Shown: positions 1 to 14,083 of the stretch, one piece after another
Layout: every line of letters starts with the position of its first letter
Numbering within the stretch: position 1 is the stretch's first letter
DNA from: Raillietiella orientalis
Lineage: Eukaryota
Length of the DNA: 64,000 nt
Reading direction: 5' to 3'
Assembly (NCBI GenBank): GCA_036172245.1
Contig: JAYWIR010000004.1
Location: forward strand, 4,960,001-5,024,000
The notes under the pieces: model-generated
Databases searched by the model: none
Told to the model about the DNA's origin: nothing
What the model saw: the letters and a program-made list of their open reading frames with translations, nothing else
Program-made: the position numbers and the translations under genes

Positions 1-3000
1 CTAGGTCCTTGTTGAAAAGGAAGATCCAGACGAATGAAGAGGGGAGATCCACCACTGTCTTACTACTGCCTTCGGCTCGTTCGGCAGTTTCGGAACTTCC
101 ATGGCGGGCAGATAATCCATCCTATGCTTCCAATGCGTATCCCAGGGGCATTCCATTTCCTTCCTGAGGTGCTCTGCCTGCCACTGAGGAATTTCCAATT
201 TCCTAAGTATTCCGGATTTCCAAATCGCAGAGATTCTCCGCTGCTATTACTCATACTGTGGCTGTGACTTTGGCAGCGGTACCTGTTCTCCATTCTCTGC
301 CTTGCCTCTGCCAACGCCTTTGATGAGTATGCCTAAGAGTAAAAGATGCCCAGTATCATTTATCATTTATCTTTCCTTCGCCTTCCAGTACTGGATCCGG
401 TGTTTAGCACTAAATCTGTTTCCGGAATAGTTCGGTTGAAGGCTATCGATTCCCTTTCTTTCAGTGTTCCTCTCTGGGCCACCAGCTCAACATAGGACAC
501 CAGCTGCGTGATCAATGTCTGTATGTTGATGCATTCGTTGAGGGTGCGACCTAGTGAATCTTTTCATCCTCCACATCCTTGCACAGCTAACCGACCCCTC
601 CCCTCTGGGCGCTTGCAGAAGACCCTGATGGATGCTGCATGAAAGAATCTGTATTCTGCGATCCTTGAGTCGTTGTTGAAGAGAAAATGCTTCGAAAGGC
701 GATGCTGCCTAGGAAGGTGGAAAATTTCATGGAACCATCTTTCATGAAGGTCTTGCCTCCAACAGAGGTACTCACAAGAAAATGTTAACACGAACATTCT
801 TATGTATTTAATGTATTAGGCATCTCCGATGGGGTGATCTAATCGAAAAGATTTGATAAGGGATCAGAGAACTCTAGTAATCAACGTTGCCGACAAGGCC
901 TTTATTTTCTTCTGAGGTTTGTTTTGTATCGTTTTCTTTCCTGAACATCTTCCTTCAGTAACAAGAACGCAAAGTTGTTGCGATGTTTTTCTGAGCAAAT
1001 TAATGCATCAAATCTAAACTTTGCCTTATGCATGTTATAAATGAAATTGTATCCACATTTCCCTGTGTTTTCTTCTTTAAATTGCAACGTGCTTGTAGAA
1101 TTTAAGCATACCTAGAAGCATTACCAGTAAAATCGTTTCTTCCAAAAGTCATAGAAGAAGCTAGCTCAATGTAAACTTTAAAAGGGAACTCAGGTGGAAC
1201 AAGAGCATCAAAACATAACATTTGTGCTGCGTAAAAAATTACAAATAACCGAAATTTCAGAGACATCCTTGAATGAGCAGCACAAATATTAACGATGGAC
1301 TTGCTCTTCCCGCTATGTGAGAACTCACCGTTCGTATCCGTTACTGTGGGACGCTTAGATCCATGGCAACTCTGTACACGTACAGAGTTGCCATCCCTAC
1401 GAAGACTTTCGCTTTGTGTTTCCCTATTCCTTTCGTTCGTGTTCTCCCATTTCCACTCGCAATCGCAACGCTTTCCGTATTCAAGAATGCCCATTTCTTT
1501 GTGAAGTTTGGCGATCATCACTTTTCTCTTTGGTTCTCAGAAGCCAAAATCTCTGCGGAGAGCTTTCTGGGGAACATCACGGTCTTGAGTGGAACGCCGG
1601 TTGAATAGGAGTTAACCCTTGCTCAGTGAGGTCCAGTCATCGGGAGAAACAGTTGGAAGAATTTTCTTTGAAGACTTGTCTGGAGGTTGTGGAATTATTC
1701 TTTATTCTCGGAAATGCAGTTGTAGGACTTCGGACCGCTGTAATGAATATGGGGATCGGGGTCTGCGTGAACGGAGCAATTGGTGCTGCTTGCTCGAACC
1801 CGTTTCGTGGACCTGACTATGACTGAAGCACAAGCCACAGATGACAGCGCGTGATGTGCAGGCACGATCTTCGCGAGCCTGGCACTGATGCAATGCCGAC
1901 AAAGTGCTGTGTGACCGATGGGAAGCATGGTTTTTTGTTTTCCTCAAACTCAGTAATGAGGTGAAAAGCCTGCCATCCACGAAAAGGAAACGAAGGGCTT
2001 GTCTTTCTTGTAGAAGCCCTGAAGTCGCTTGCAGTGGCTTGGAGTCTACACGTGGAAATATGTCAATTGCAGTCGAGGCTGTAACATTTCAGTACAGCGT
2101 GAGGCAGGGTTGCACATAGTGGGAACGATGAGTGAGGGCTTTGGAAACGTATTCAGGATGAAAGGAGTTTCTTATGGAAGCTCAACAAAAAGTACGATTT
2201 TTTTTCCTCTACTTTTACTCTTCCTTAAAGTTACTCTGGCATATAGTTTGACATATATGTCTCCAAAACCCAAGAAACATCCAGGGAAACATCTCCCTGA
2301 ATTACACTCACTGCAAGCTTGGAGCACATCGGCAGAATTCCACTTTACACGTCATTCAAGCTCCGATGACGGCGTAAGTTCTTCTTTGGTCGGTCGACAG
2401 GCATATTTACTTTTTTTTATTTCATTCGCGTTTCCAGTTCGAGAGGTACATCTGATATGATACTCATGAACATTATTCAGAATAAATAACAGAACAACTT
2501 TCTGGAATCCCAGTGTACTTATTATTAAATTCGTTATTCAGCACAAGTTGTCAAGGATGGAATTACTAAAATGTTTAGAAAGTCTCTTGAGCACATACTC
2601 TTGCTCAACCTAAAAAAAACACAAACACATGCGCGAATAGTTCATCCACGATTTTGCTGGTGATGATAGTTCCTAAATTAAAACCATGATTTCTTAATGA
2701 TTCAAGGTGTGCTAATTTGCAATGAATTGTTAGAACGATGACATCTGGTATTCTCTGCAGAAAAAATTCTTTCCTTTGTATAGATACCAAAGCATTTTTC
2801 AGTCTGGAATTCTTGATGACGATTTTAAATATAATTCAATGAATCTTGAGAATATAACCTATGAGCATGTAAAACGTTTCTCTACAGGGTTCCCATTCTT
2901 TTTCGAAGCGTTCGGAGAGTTCTGTAATCTCAGGTTTTTTTTGAGACTTTTTTGTGATCGGATTAGTATGAAATCCACCCACTGACGTTTCGAAGACCGT

Positions 3001-5485
3001 CAGATACGATGGTCAGATCCAAAAGACATAAGCAATAAATCATGATTCTTCGGTGAATTCTTGATCTGAATTTTCGATTCCATAAACGTGTAGTTTGAAT
3101 GGAGAAAGAGTAAACTGTTCGTGATGCTTTTTTCAGTTGAACACGGTGAAGTAGGTATTCTGGACTCTAGTTTTTACGCTCTGTGAGTTCATTGGAATAT
3201 GAATCATATTTCTTAGCTTCTTACTCTTGCATCTTCTTGTTGATTACACTTGCGTCAAGTAATCAGGTAAAACGGCACATCTTGAGTTTTCTCTCATATA
3301 TCCCAGATATATCCAAGGTCACTGGAATGGGCAAGCTCCTAACCCTATTATTCTGACCAGAATATTTGCATCAACAGTAAGTAGATCAGAAATCAGTGTG
3401 TTGGCTTATCGATGCATTGACTCCACTCTGCATTTTATTGACTATCTTGTCTATAATCTAACTTCTATTACTGTTACTTTGGTAGTTATCTTTGTTCTTT
3501 TTGTAAGACTTCTTATGTGTTGAGATGACACGTACGAAAAACCACAGCAAGAGCAACGTTTTGCCATTCAGCTCATAAATGGTATACATTAAAGTGTAAA
3601 ATGGGGTGAAATCATGTTTTATACATTTTGCACTTTCTCCAGCTTTATGGAGTGCATAACTTTTACTTTAGTTTCTGCCCCCCTTCAAAAGTAAAATAAG
3701 TTGTACTTTGCATGTTGCAGAAAAGCTGCATCATGCAAAGAGAAATTACCACAAGTCTGAATCTGAATTATGCAAGGAGAAAAGAATCGTCTCAATTTGA
3801 GATTATGGGAATATATTCAATTGACGAAATCAGCGCTAGAAATGACTAAATGTTGACCTAGAAGGCAATATCCAAATTTCTCAGTTAAACTTGAGTTTGT
3901 TAATTCCGAAATGGCAGTTCTCCACAACTACATGCTGTGGAAATTTTGCATCTGAACAAGAGATAATTAGAAAGTTAATTCTCCCTAGGCCAGGGGAAAT
4001 AGATACCAATAAAATACGACAGAACAATTGTAAATGAGAAAGCGAAGCATTCGAAATTTAACAGAAATCCTAAACTGAAGAAGCACAGAGAAAATGAATT
4101 TCACCAAACATTGGCAAGTGTCAAGAGATTGGAAAGTCTTGTGCATTAGCATAGTCCAAGTTCAGCATTTATTCACCTCACGTTGAAGGCATCGAAGCTC
4201 TTTAGAGACTGATTCAGGATGGTTTCTGAGAAGCCAAAAAAAAAAACTCAAATTATAATAATTTTCTAAATCACTCGTAGTTAATATATTCACCCGACCA
4301 AGTCAGTGCTATAGAACCACATCCTAATGACATAAAACACAGATTAACTACTGCTTTTCTTGGGACGCTTTACATCTTTTAATCCAATAGAATGTTGCTT
4401 ATATCAAAGCATCTCAATTTATTGCCCTTTTTTCATGAAAATAGAGTTGTTGTGGCACACAGTGTATATTATCCAGTATTTTTCATACATTAATACGTAT
4501 CTTTAGGTGTGTCCTGCTTATTAAGTACGTTTCACTTATTTAACCGGCGCAGGCTTGTATTCTTGCTTGTTTAAATTGGCTAACATGAAGAAGTGAGATT
4601 TTCTCCCTACATCGTCTAAAAAATTGCAGTAAGAATTTCGTCTGCAGGATCTCTCGTTATGAACCGCACGCGCAGTGCTTTCCCGTCTGGTGGTGCACCT
4701 GGAGTCTGGAGTCCTCCCGACGGCCCTCTGCAACTGCGTGCGGCGTGGGGGCCAGCCGGAATGTTAGGGAGGTGGGAGGTGAAGAGGGCTGCTGCTTACT
4801 TTCAGGCAACCGCCCTGTGCCAAGCAGATCAACTTCTCCCACACGCAAACACATGGCCGTGCTGTGCAATTTTGCCGACAGTTTTCTTTTGATTCGGAAA
4901 AAAATAGGCAGTCGGGAGAATTATTCGGAACAGTTGTTGTGAAGATAACTGATTGGAACATTTTCTCGAAATGACACATCCAAACGCTTGGGACAACCTG
5001 GAATCACCAATCTGAATTGGTGAGGTTTCATGTAAATGCCAAGTGATATTCGGCTGTTTGAGAACAGTACGGGGATTGATTGGCGTTAATGATGTCATAA
5101 ACGTGCTTAGTCGTATTGCCTTTCGCTGAAAACCCGGTCTCAAAACAGCATTCGCAACATATTTCTGAAAGAATTGAGATGTTTTGATACATGAACCTCC
5201 TCCTAAAGATACAATAAAGTGAAGGTTTTGTTATCAAGAACTGCTAACTTGATTCTCATTTTATTAATCTATACAGGAAAAATATTCTATCATGATCACA
5301 AACTTGTGGGCTGCTCCTTTCTCCAGGATGCACTTTGATACTTGCGATACTTGAACATTTCAAATCTTTGTCAATCAAAAATAATAAATATTCTTTTATT
5401 GAATTGAATGTTGAAGGTATTGTAGAACAATGTAATGGGGAAAAACTTCCTTTGCATGTTGAACTGTTTGCCATTGTCCACATTA

Positions 5486-8400
5486 CTAATTTCGTCCAAG
5501 AACATTTCCTGTTCCTGGAAATGAACCCCAGCGCGAAGATCGTGGGGCAGAACGAGATCTTGGATTAGAAAACAGATTTTTCCTAAGAAGAGAATGAATG
5601 TTTACCAAGGCAAGAATACATACAAAAATACTGGTGTGTGTAAAAGCTGTTGACCTCCAAAATCTTGAGGATACTTGAACATGAGAAAAAAATATGTATG
5701 TCCCACTAAAATGCCGATAAACTCTGTAACCACTCTTAAAACACAGAGAAAATTTTTTTGGACTTGTTAGGTATCTTTAAACTTACTGTCCTCTTAAGAC
5801 CAAATTAATTAACAGAAGAATCCATGGCAAATATGTTGCTTTGAATTGGGTGCCAAACCAGAATTGCACAATTTGATGGGGGTTCAATTGACACCAAACA
5901 TACAATACTGCCAGCACCAAGATATCCATCAAAAGCTACAATAAGCAAATGATAAATTGTTCATAGTTCCCAAAGTTTTCCTACCATGATCTGCATAAAC
6001 AGTGCAATAATGACTGACTCTAGCCACATAAATAGTAACATAAATAAATGATCAGCTGGCATTCCATTATTAACACCTAAAATTAAATTGCACAGTTTCA
6101 CAATTGTCAGAGTATCAATAACCATGAGTAATTTTTTTGACCCACAGCATTCATTAACCAAGCATTTAGATAAAACTTTGGTCTAAACATATAAAAGCAA
6201 ACAGAACAGCTATTAATTAAATGCAAACAAATCAACACATAAAAAACACAAATAAAACATTTCCGCTGTTTTTTACCTTTTCTATTCTCACTTTTGTGAT
6301 AAAATTAAATGACTGGTATGTAAGCATTCATTTTGCAGTTAAAATACATGGAGTTCATGCATTAAGAAGGCAAATAGATGAAGAGCAAGCGTTTTAGACA
6401 AAATATATAAAGCCATGACCGACTACTCTTTTTGCTTTAACTTTGCATGGATAGGTAGTAAAGTAGTACATTCACGGCTATCATGAGACACTATAGGATG
6501 ACTATATTGTGGGATATCGAGAAATGGCGACAACTGCTGTAAATGTATCCAGATGTACTTTATTGTTTTTCTGTAGATGCTACACATACATATCCGAACA
6601 GTAAACGTCTAGAGTGAGAACAAAAAAATTAAGAGGCAAGAAATCGCAGAAAATAAGCAACATATATCAAGATTTAATCAAGGAAAACATGCAACAGTGT
6701 GACTGTGAACACAACAGTTCCTGAACATGTGTTGCTGACTGATATTATTTATCTTTCTTAATTCAAAATAAAAAAAAAAAAAAAAAGACTTAGCAACATG
6801 AATATGCCTCAAAAGATTAACTTATCACCACTGACATTAAAAAAAACCTATTTCTTGACCTTAATATCTCAGTTTGTCTCTGAAATAAGTTAGAAGGAAC
6901 ATCTTCATGGTATCTTTATTATTAATTGCGCTTTCTGGAGAAAGGTGCATCCAAGCTTGGTTTCTATTTGTATGGATAACACTTTCTCTCTTTTTTGCAT
7001 TATAAAATTGCAACATTCTGTTTCAAGTGATAACTTTTGATCAGGCACATACTTTTTGGGCATTTTGGAAACTTATGGAGCAAATTAATTCAACAGTGAC
7101 ATCAATGACTTTGGATATCTTTTGACCCTGCATTTCACTGGTATTTTTTCACTACAATTCCCATTAATCAAAAAATGAAATCTTAAACAATTCGTCACTA
7201 AAAATAAACAGTAAGAAAAAAGACCTTTTAATTTTAACAAGCAACATTCCCTGGAAAAAGTTAAAATTCCAGTAGGAAACTGTCTCAAATGTCAGCATTA
7301 AATTTTCTCATCCATTTTAAATTAATACTTAGGAGTTTCTGACTATAAGAAAAAGAAAATTTACATTCTTCCCCTCGGAGGCTTTATGGAATTCATAGAT
7401 ATGCTCAAAAATCATTCAAAAAAAAAGAAAAAAGGCTTCTATTTTCACACAACCATGTACTTTCACATAGCAAAACTTATTGCCTAATAATATTTACTAT
7501 ACTACCTTATAGCAATTTCAATGCTAACTTTCTTAAGAGTGTAATTACCTCAATGTATCTATTTGAAGAATCACCACTGTCTTAAAAAAGCATAATGACT
7601 GCGCAATTTTTACGGTGTTTTGTAAATGATACTTGCTGGGCACATTGAGACATAGCAGCTAAGCTTTTAAATAATGCCTTAATTTTAGCAATCTGTTAAC
7701 CAGATGTGTCTGTGTGTGTTTCTGTAACTTCACTAGATTGTGTATGTATGTATGTGTGTGTGTGTATATATATATATGTATATATATATAATGTATATAT
7801 ATACATATATATACATTATATATATATAATGTATATATATGTATATATATGTAAGTTCTTAAGGACTTACCGAATTCTCAAAAAATACAACACAAAACAC
7901 ATAAATACAAAAATACTTTGCTACACCATGCATCTATTTTTTCACTTTTTTGTGTTGTTTGCTTGTATCTGAGCACTTTAAATGTCAGTACTAAAAACAT
8001 AAAAAGACCAAAAACTTATGATCATCTTCACAAAATATTGTTATCAATTGAAGGCAATTGCTTTATCTCAGACTTGTGATGAAACATTTAGGCTTTACAT
8101 CATACCATGTGTTTTAAATAACAGTAACTCCTAACCAAATAACACAACTTGTTTAGGAATATTTGTATAGATCGAATGCTTTCTCAAAAAATCCATCAGA
8201 AATTTTTGACAAAACAAAATCATAAAGATCATCTCAAAATAAATTGAATATGAATTCCAATAAATTGAGGAGAAAAACATTCAACAAAAAAAATGCAAAT
8301 GCTCAAAAGTGTAAACAGTAAACCCCTAGTACTTTGAAAATGCATTCAATTGAGGTTCTACAACTTAATCTGCAACCAGTCAGCTGTACACATTTAAACA

Positions 8401-9668
8401 TGAATAACTCGATGTATATTAATATGTATCTGAGTATCATCTGGATGGTCTGAGCTTCTCAAGGAATTGAAAGTCTATACTGCAATATGAATGAATAACT
8501 ACAAGAATCTAAGGTCCAAAGTGTGAATTTGTGGTCAACTGTTTCAAATCATGTGCTAGCCATATAAAATGTAATTTATACATAATCAAAGGTATTGCTG
8601 GACAAGGCTAATGCAAAATATTAACTATCTACTATAATTTCATGGATAAAAACATTTGTTTTTTAATACAAATGCAGCCTTAAATAAATTCTTTTAAAAT
8701 ATAAATGCAACTTTAGGTGCAAAGCTCGTAAAGCTGCACAATTAAACCATTTGGGAAAACAAGGAAAAATGAAATGCTACAAATGCTGATGACAAAAATT
8801 AACACATTACATATCAGCTTATAGATCCGGTTCCCTTTCACCTTTATATATAACCTTAAGCAGGACACAACTGTTCATGAACTTAAAAATCAAACAGTTG
8901 TTTTCTTCATTAATGGTCCAATATAAATACAAAGAAAATTGTTATATTTCTATTATAAACGGGAAAACATACCACACTTTTATTGATTCAAAATAAAGAA
9001 CAACACATAATGGAACGTTACCAGTCTCTAATCGCATGGAATAATGATACAAAAAGTATAGATTCAACAGAAAATGAAACCCTGTTTGAGGAGTTATGGG
9101 GTAGTAAAACACAGCTGTTATAAGCCTCCATATCTGAAACAGAACTCATTATTAGAAATTTATTAATATACAGCAAAATTCTTCTTTATCATTTCCCTCA
9201 CATACATATCACATACACTGGTGTCATACATGACACAAATTGGAACTCATGAAATTTTAAATGAAAACAAATCAGTTTCAATCTGTAATAAATTTACACT
9301 TTTAGTTTGGCAACATAACCAAAATACAAAGTTATATAACGCACAATATAAACTAACCAAACTGGAACAAATGCATGTGAATCAGGACTAGGGGATCATT
9401 TGAAAAACAGGTTATAAATCAGTAAAGAGTTTTTACAAAAACAAAATAAACTTATGTTTAATGCTCTATAAATTGAACTCATTTCCGTTACTAAGTGTAA
9501 TTACTTTCACTTTACCTCGAAGTTCTTCACTACTGGATCATAAACAAGAACCAATGATTTTGGGGACAGCAAGCCAAATCGACCCAATAAAGAAGTTCCT
9601 ACAGTTAACCCCAACCAGTATCTTGTAATAATCGGGATATTGCTAAACCACTCACTTACATCGGCCAT
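5486..9668 (-). CDS. DERL1: Derlin-1 (ERAD rhomboid pseudoprotease), 6 coding exons: 9668-9516, 9133-9022, 6076-5985, 5935-5787, 5734-5624, 5582-5486
   Basis: Hand splicing at GT/AG sites gives 714 nt (237 aa + TAG) with consistent phases: MADVSEWFSNIPIITRYW...IWRLITAVFYYP...FLLNLYFLYHYSMRLETG...PADHLFMLLF...VLYVWCQLNP...FWFGTQFKATYLPW...LVGHTYFFLMFKYPQDFGG...FPGTGNVLGRN. The WR motif, FWFG.F, GH.YFFL and the C-terminal F.G.G..LG (SHP box) match Derlin-1 as remembered. Confidence 0.96.
7739..7852. repeat. (TG)n/(TA)n imperfect microsatellite in Derlin-1 intron 2
   Basis: Run tgtatgtatgtatgtgtgtgtgtgtatatatatatg... seen directly. Confidence 0.9.
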
Positions 9669-10899
9669 AAATCAATTTTTTGTGTTTCATACAAATTCAT
9701 TTACATTCATTTGGATTACTATTTTGTATCTCCGGATTGATGTCGGAAGGATTACCGACATCACCGAACGATTAATAAAATCTATTTACATCAAGAAGAG
9801 CAAAGAAATTAAATCATAATAATTTTGTTTCTTTCATGATTGTTCAGAATTATTATTCATAGTTGTTTCAAACAATATAAAAAGGAATAAAGAAATATTA
9901 CTAAAAACACGTAAATAATTTATTTTACAAATATAATTTCAAAAATAAATAAACAAAATATCGGATTGTTGCGATAGCAACTCAATTTTAGGTTTCCTTC
10001 AAGAATTATTTCAGAATCTGGAACTTTCGTTCTGCTTTGATGTTCTTTTCCACCATCGTTTGGTAGCTTTCATTCTGATTTTGGATTAATATTTAATATA
10101 AACAGTCGTCGTGCTGACCTGGCGATTCTGAGGATTCTATACGTAGTTAAACTCACGATCATCCACGTAAGAATCATAGCGTGTATTGTGTGGGTTTCCT
10201 TTTGATTATGCTCGAGAGGGCAGAAAAACATATTACATATTTTCTCTGATGAGAACAAAATTCCCAAACAGAAATGTTTCGAAAACTGTTTTAAAGACTA
10301 TTAGTACTTTGTCTTTTTAAGCATTTTTAAAAATACACTCCATCTTTTTCGTAAAACAATTTCGAAATTCCGATACAGTGGCAGGCATAAAGTGAAACCT
10401 TATTCATTTTGATCTATTTTCTGGATTGTTCATCTGGGAATGAGAAACTACTATTCAGAAAACTTTTCAAGTTTTCTCTAATTTGCTTATACTCATAGAC
10501 TAGAATACAATTGTTTGTTTCAGATGGTTTTGAGCATATCCTTTCAAATTGCTTTAAAAATCTAAAACAGTTGTCTCAGGTTTCTGAAACACTGAATCAT
10601 AGATTCTATTCATGGACGAATTCATGGATTTTGTTGAAAGACTGCCATCAACTTATCCTAGAGTTCAAAATGTTTAAATCGTTACACGTTAAGCTTTCTC
10701 CCCTTCTAACACTGTCAGTTTTCTTTTTTTGAAGTATTACGAATTGCTGGGCTTTATAGGTCACATAAATATAAGTTGAAGAATTGAACTTTTACTTTTC
10801 ATTCTTATGAACAATCATCAATTGAGCCCATGGGAATTTTTGCTTCCAATTGTCATTGCTTTATGGACAATTGCGGACATAATTCGCCGGTCTGGAATA

Positions 10900-12100
10900 C
10901 CGGACTGTCGAATCAGAATACTATAGTTCTTAAACTTCTGACTTCAAAAGTTTTTCGGGGAGCCGTAAACGTAGTTATTCATTGATTTCATGAAAATGAA
11001 AGCAACTAAATTTGAACCACGAGCTAAGTTTCTTGTGATGGCATAAAACTTGCTGAAGAAATTCTGACAGATGTGTCTCATTTACTATCTGTAGTCTGTA
11101 GCTGATTCTTTCCTCCTGAATGTTTGCCCATCACCTTGGAAGTTTCTGTCATTGTAAGCGTTTTAACAATCTTCTCTTCAACGATCTTTTCTGCTGTTTT
11201 CAGTGCATTAGTTGGAAACATTCTTGAACTTATCAGAAGTTGTGATGATACCAAATCATCCATGAGGTTGTGGTTGCGTTTTGATCGTTGTTTCCTTTAG
11301 AATGAAATCGAATAAACTCCTCCTCAAATCTTTCTATAGTCCATTGATTTCCTTTGGACCCAAAAAGTGCTTACACTCTTTTACCAAGCAGTGAGCACTT
11401 TTCAATAATCATTATTCAAGTTTGGTATATGCCTTTATTTTTCCATAATTAATATGTATTAACTGGTTCAAAATCATCCTATTCACAGTCTTCTTTTCCC
11501 ACTAATAATTTCTTTCTATTTTTCTTTCATTCTCAGTTCTACAGAAAATGGTGCTTATCCCTGAATACACGTTTTCAGTCAAAATATGCAAAGCTGATAA
11601 TTTGAACAACTCAACAGTCGAGAAGGGTCTTCGAAATCCTAATCACTATTAATTTAGAGATGACGGCGAGTACCCTGGCTGTTGCCAGCTCACTTGTGGC
11701 TCTATCGTCTCTAGGAGCAGCTAAAGCTTTTACCCTGGGATGATCGGACAGAGTCTAGCTTCCTCAACTCCTTTTCCCCGTCCACGAGCGCAGGTGATCA
11801 ACCACACCTGGAAGCCAGGTTCTCTGGCTAACAAGTTGGTTGCATATATGGATGCAGAAACTCGATTATATCACGAAATCCCTGACTTCATTTGCCATCT
11901 AATAGCAAGAGGACATTGCTGCTGCCCAAATACCAGGCGAGAGGCATTGAACCATTAGATCTCGAACTTGCCGAAGACCAGATTCCTTCGGAGTATTCTG
12001 AGTCGCTCACCTGGTAAATGCTCGTGACTGAGAGGTCGATTAAGACAAACGAACCATAGATCAACGTTTTCCCCAACGTGACTAGCAGTAGCGTAATTTA
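10900..12100 (-). pseudogene. Degenerate NACHT/STAND NTPase-like coding remnant
   Basis: Minus-strand fragments appear in NACHT order across stops and frameshifts: ENVDLWFVCLNR (F..VF...R-like), SSNVLLLLDG (Walker B-like, next codons K*), VWLITCAR (VLITSR-like) and ETHLSEFLQQ near 11050-11080 (FxHxSxQEF-like). By-eye similarity only. Confidence 0.35.
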
Positions 12101-12799
12101 TTTGAAAATTCAAACCAAGAATCGAGATAAAAAAAAAAAGGGAAGACATGAGACCCCCCCCCCCCCAAATAACACTCAAAAAGTCTCGTCCTTACTGAGT
12201 AGGAACACCGAACATCCTACCGAGCTCTCTTTTTAGAATTTTTTTTTCCTGAATCAGGAGTGTCTCTGCCATGGTTTGAAGTTTTCTGTGAATTTTCTCA
12301 TGAGAATTCTCATGAAAATTTTCTCATTTTCTCACTACATGAGAACCCCATCCCCCCAATGAGGGGATTCCCTACATGAGAAGTTTCACCCAACTGAGGA
12401 TGCCTATCTCGCTCCTTAGTGATCTCGTCATGAAGCCAATGGCTCTCCTGTCATATCTTTTCCTTTCTCCAGATTTACTCTTCTGATTGTTATGCTGCTG
12501 ACGAAGAAGGCAATTATCGTCCTAAGCATCGAGCTAAACGTCGAAATGTTTCCTTATTCCTCAAATAACCACCCGAACACACAGTGTACATAATCGTCCA
12601 ATCCCAAGCTAGAGTCAGAGAGATAAGGGAAGGTATGACTCAAAGACTCCTTAGCGCTCCCGTTGCTCAGCGTGGAAGAGAAGAATCGAGGTGAGGATCA
12701 GAGACGAGATGTTACAGAGCCCTTGCTGCATAGGTAGGAAGCGGATAGGGGAAGGACAGAAGGAGAGTTCTGCACTGAGAGAAGACGGATGCCAGAGCT

Positions 12800-13200
12800 A
12801 CCAGACGAACGCTCCTCTCCCGGGTGCATTGTCTTCCCACCAGAGGCGAATGCTCCTCTCGAAGGAGAGCAGCATTCTCCAAATGAAACCACAGCGGGAG
12901 ACCAAGGGAAGTATCTGAAGGGACCCTTGGATGCTGAAAGGGAGCGTTACTGCAGCGATGGAGATGCGACTCCCGTGGTCATGGAAGAAGTCAGAAAACC
13001 AGAGCATTCTCAAGGGTTACCTCCTCCTCGACCTGTCTGGCGTTTCGCCCGATGGAATCGATCGCACCTTTCTGATCATCCCCAAAAAGGAAAAACAGAA
13101 GTCAGGGCTGGGAAGCTGGATGTCTCCGTGGCTTGCGATCCTCCTGGAGAGCTGCAGCCTGGGGTTTCTCCTGAACAAAAAGGAAACATCATGGGCTCGA
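12800..13200 (+). mobile_element. Possible non-LTR reverse transcriptase fragment
   Basis: ORF 12931-13230 contains SPDGIDRTFLIIPKKEK...GSW, resembling the PGPDG / LIPK...WRP motifs of LINE RT. Short and decayed. Confidence 0.3.
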
Positions 13201-14083
13201 GGTCATTCTGGGATGTTTCTTGCACAATGAATCTGCAGGCAAGTTTCTTCGGGTCAGGACGACGCGCGAAAATCTATTTGCGGTCTGTGGATTCGCTGAA
13301 TCTTTCACATACTGCCAGTTCCCGGTAAACTGACTTCGAATTCGTGATGTATGAGACTGGTGGCTGTTCTCTCTAGATGTCTGCAAAAGAACTGATAAAA
13401 TTCTTACCCGGGCCATCAAAAGTTTTCTGAAGCACGTCCATCAGCACACTTCGCTGCAGACGGAATTGCAAATGCAGTTTCGCTTTCATTGGCTTTTGCT
13501 TCCCTCTGGCAAAACGTCCTTATATTCAGGTCATCATCTTAGTCACCAGAACAATTGCAGGAATTCGACTGAGGAAAGGGAAGTTTTCAAGTAATTCAAG
13601 CATCATGGATGCAGCCTGCATTTTTGCTATCTTCTTGGACTTGCCCGCACCCTGCTCCCTATACTGATTCACATGACAAATAGTAATGAATAGCTTCTCA
13701 TTTGGTAGTCCAGCTTCTTTTCTAACTAATACATGGGAAGTAAAGGCCGTTGAGAAACACACATTTCTTGCAAAGCACCAATGGGATTTTCTCGGGCACA
13801 AGTTTCGGCAGTATGTAAGACCCCACTGCTGAAAGTTAACACATCGATGGGAAGGGTCATGACTCCTTGCTGGAATAAGCTATGAAATAGAGAGCGAGCA
13901 GCTTCTTCTTTGCCTTTCTTTTTTTTTTTTAAACTTAGACAAAACCCGTAACCTGAAGCGCAGTCTGACAGATGTACATGGTAACGAATGGGTGGGCGGT
14001 TCACCTACGTGCCTACCATTTGTCAGAGTCAGGCACTTTTTAACGCATGTTTCCTGTAACGATGAAACAGGCGTGTTTGTCAT
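13180..14083 (-). pseudogene. loqs-like: Intronless, disrupted copy of a Loquacious/TARBP2/PACT-type triple dsRNA-binding-motif gene
   Basis: dsRBM1: TPVSSLQE...(frameshift)...PPIRYHVHL...KKGKEEAARSL. dsRBM2: NPIGALQEMCVSQRPLLPMY* then shifted KEAGLPNEKLFITICHVNQYREQGAGKSKKIAKMQAASMML, closely matching Loqs/TRBP dsRBM2. dsRBM3 remnants: NFISSFADI*REQ.VSYI, FTGNWQY and QETSQNDLE in different frames. No introns between domains. Confidence 0.8.

Noticed and set aside
1..3300. Gag-like, RING/B-box-like and other coding remnants
   Set aside because: Coding-like composition, but no motif series I can support; stops occur in all frames.
4760..5250. Cys-rich CXC-like C-terminus of a DNA transposon protein (CRQNCTARPCVC...IC...C)
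   Set aside because: Only one short motif. The upstream part I first assigned to it is Derlin-1 last exon and 3' UTR.
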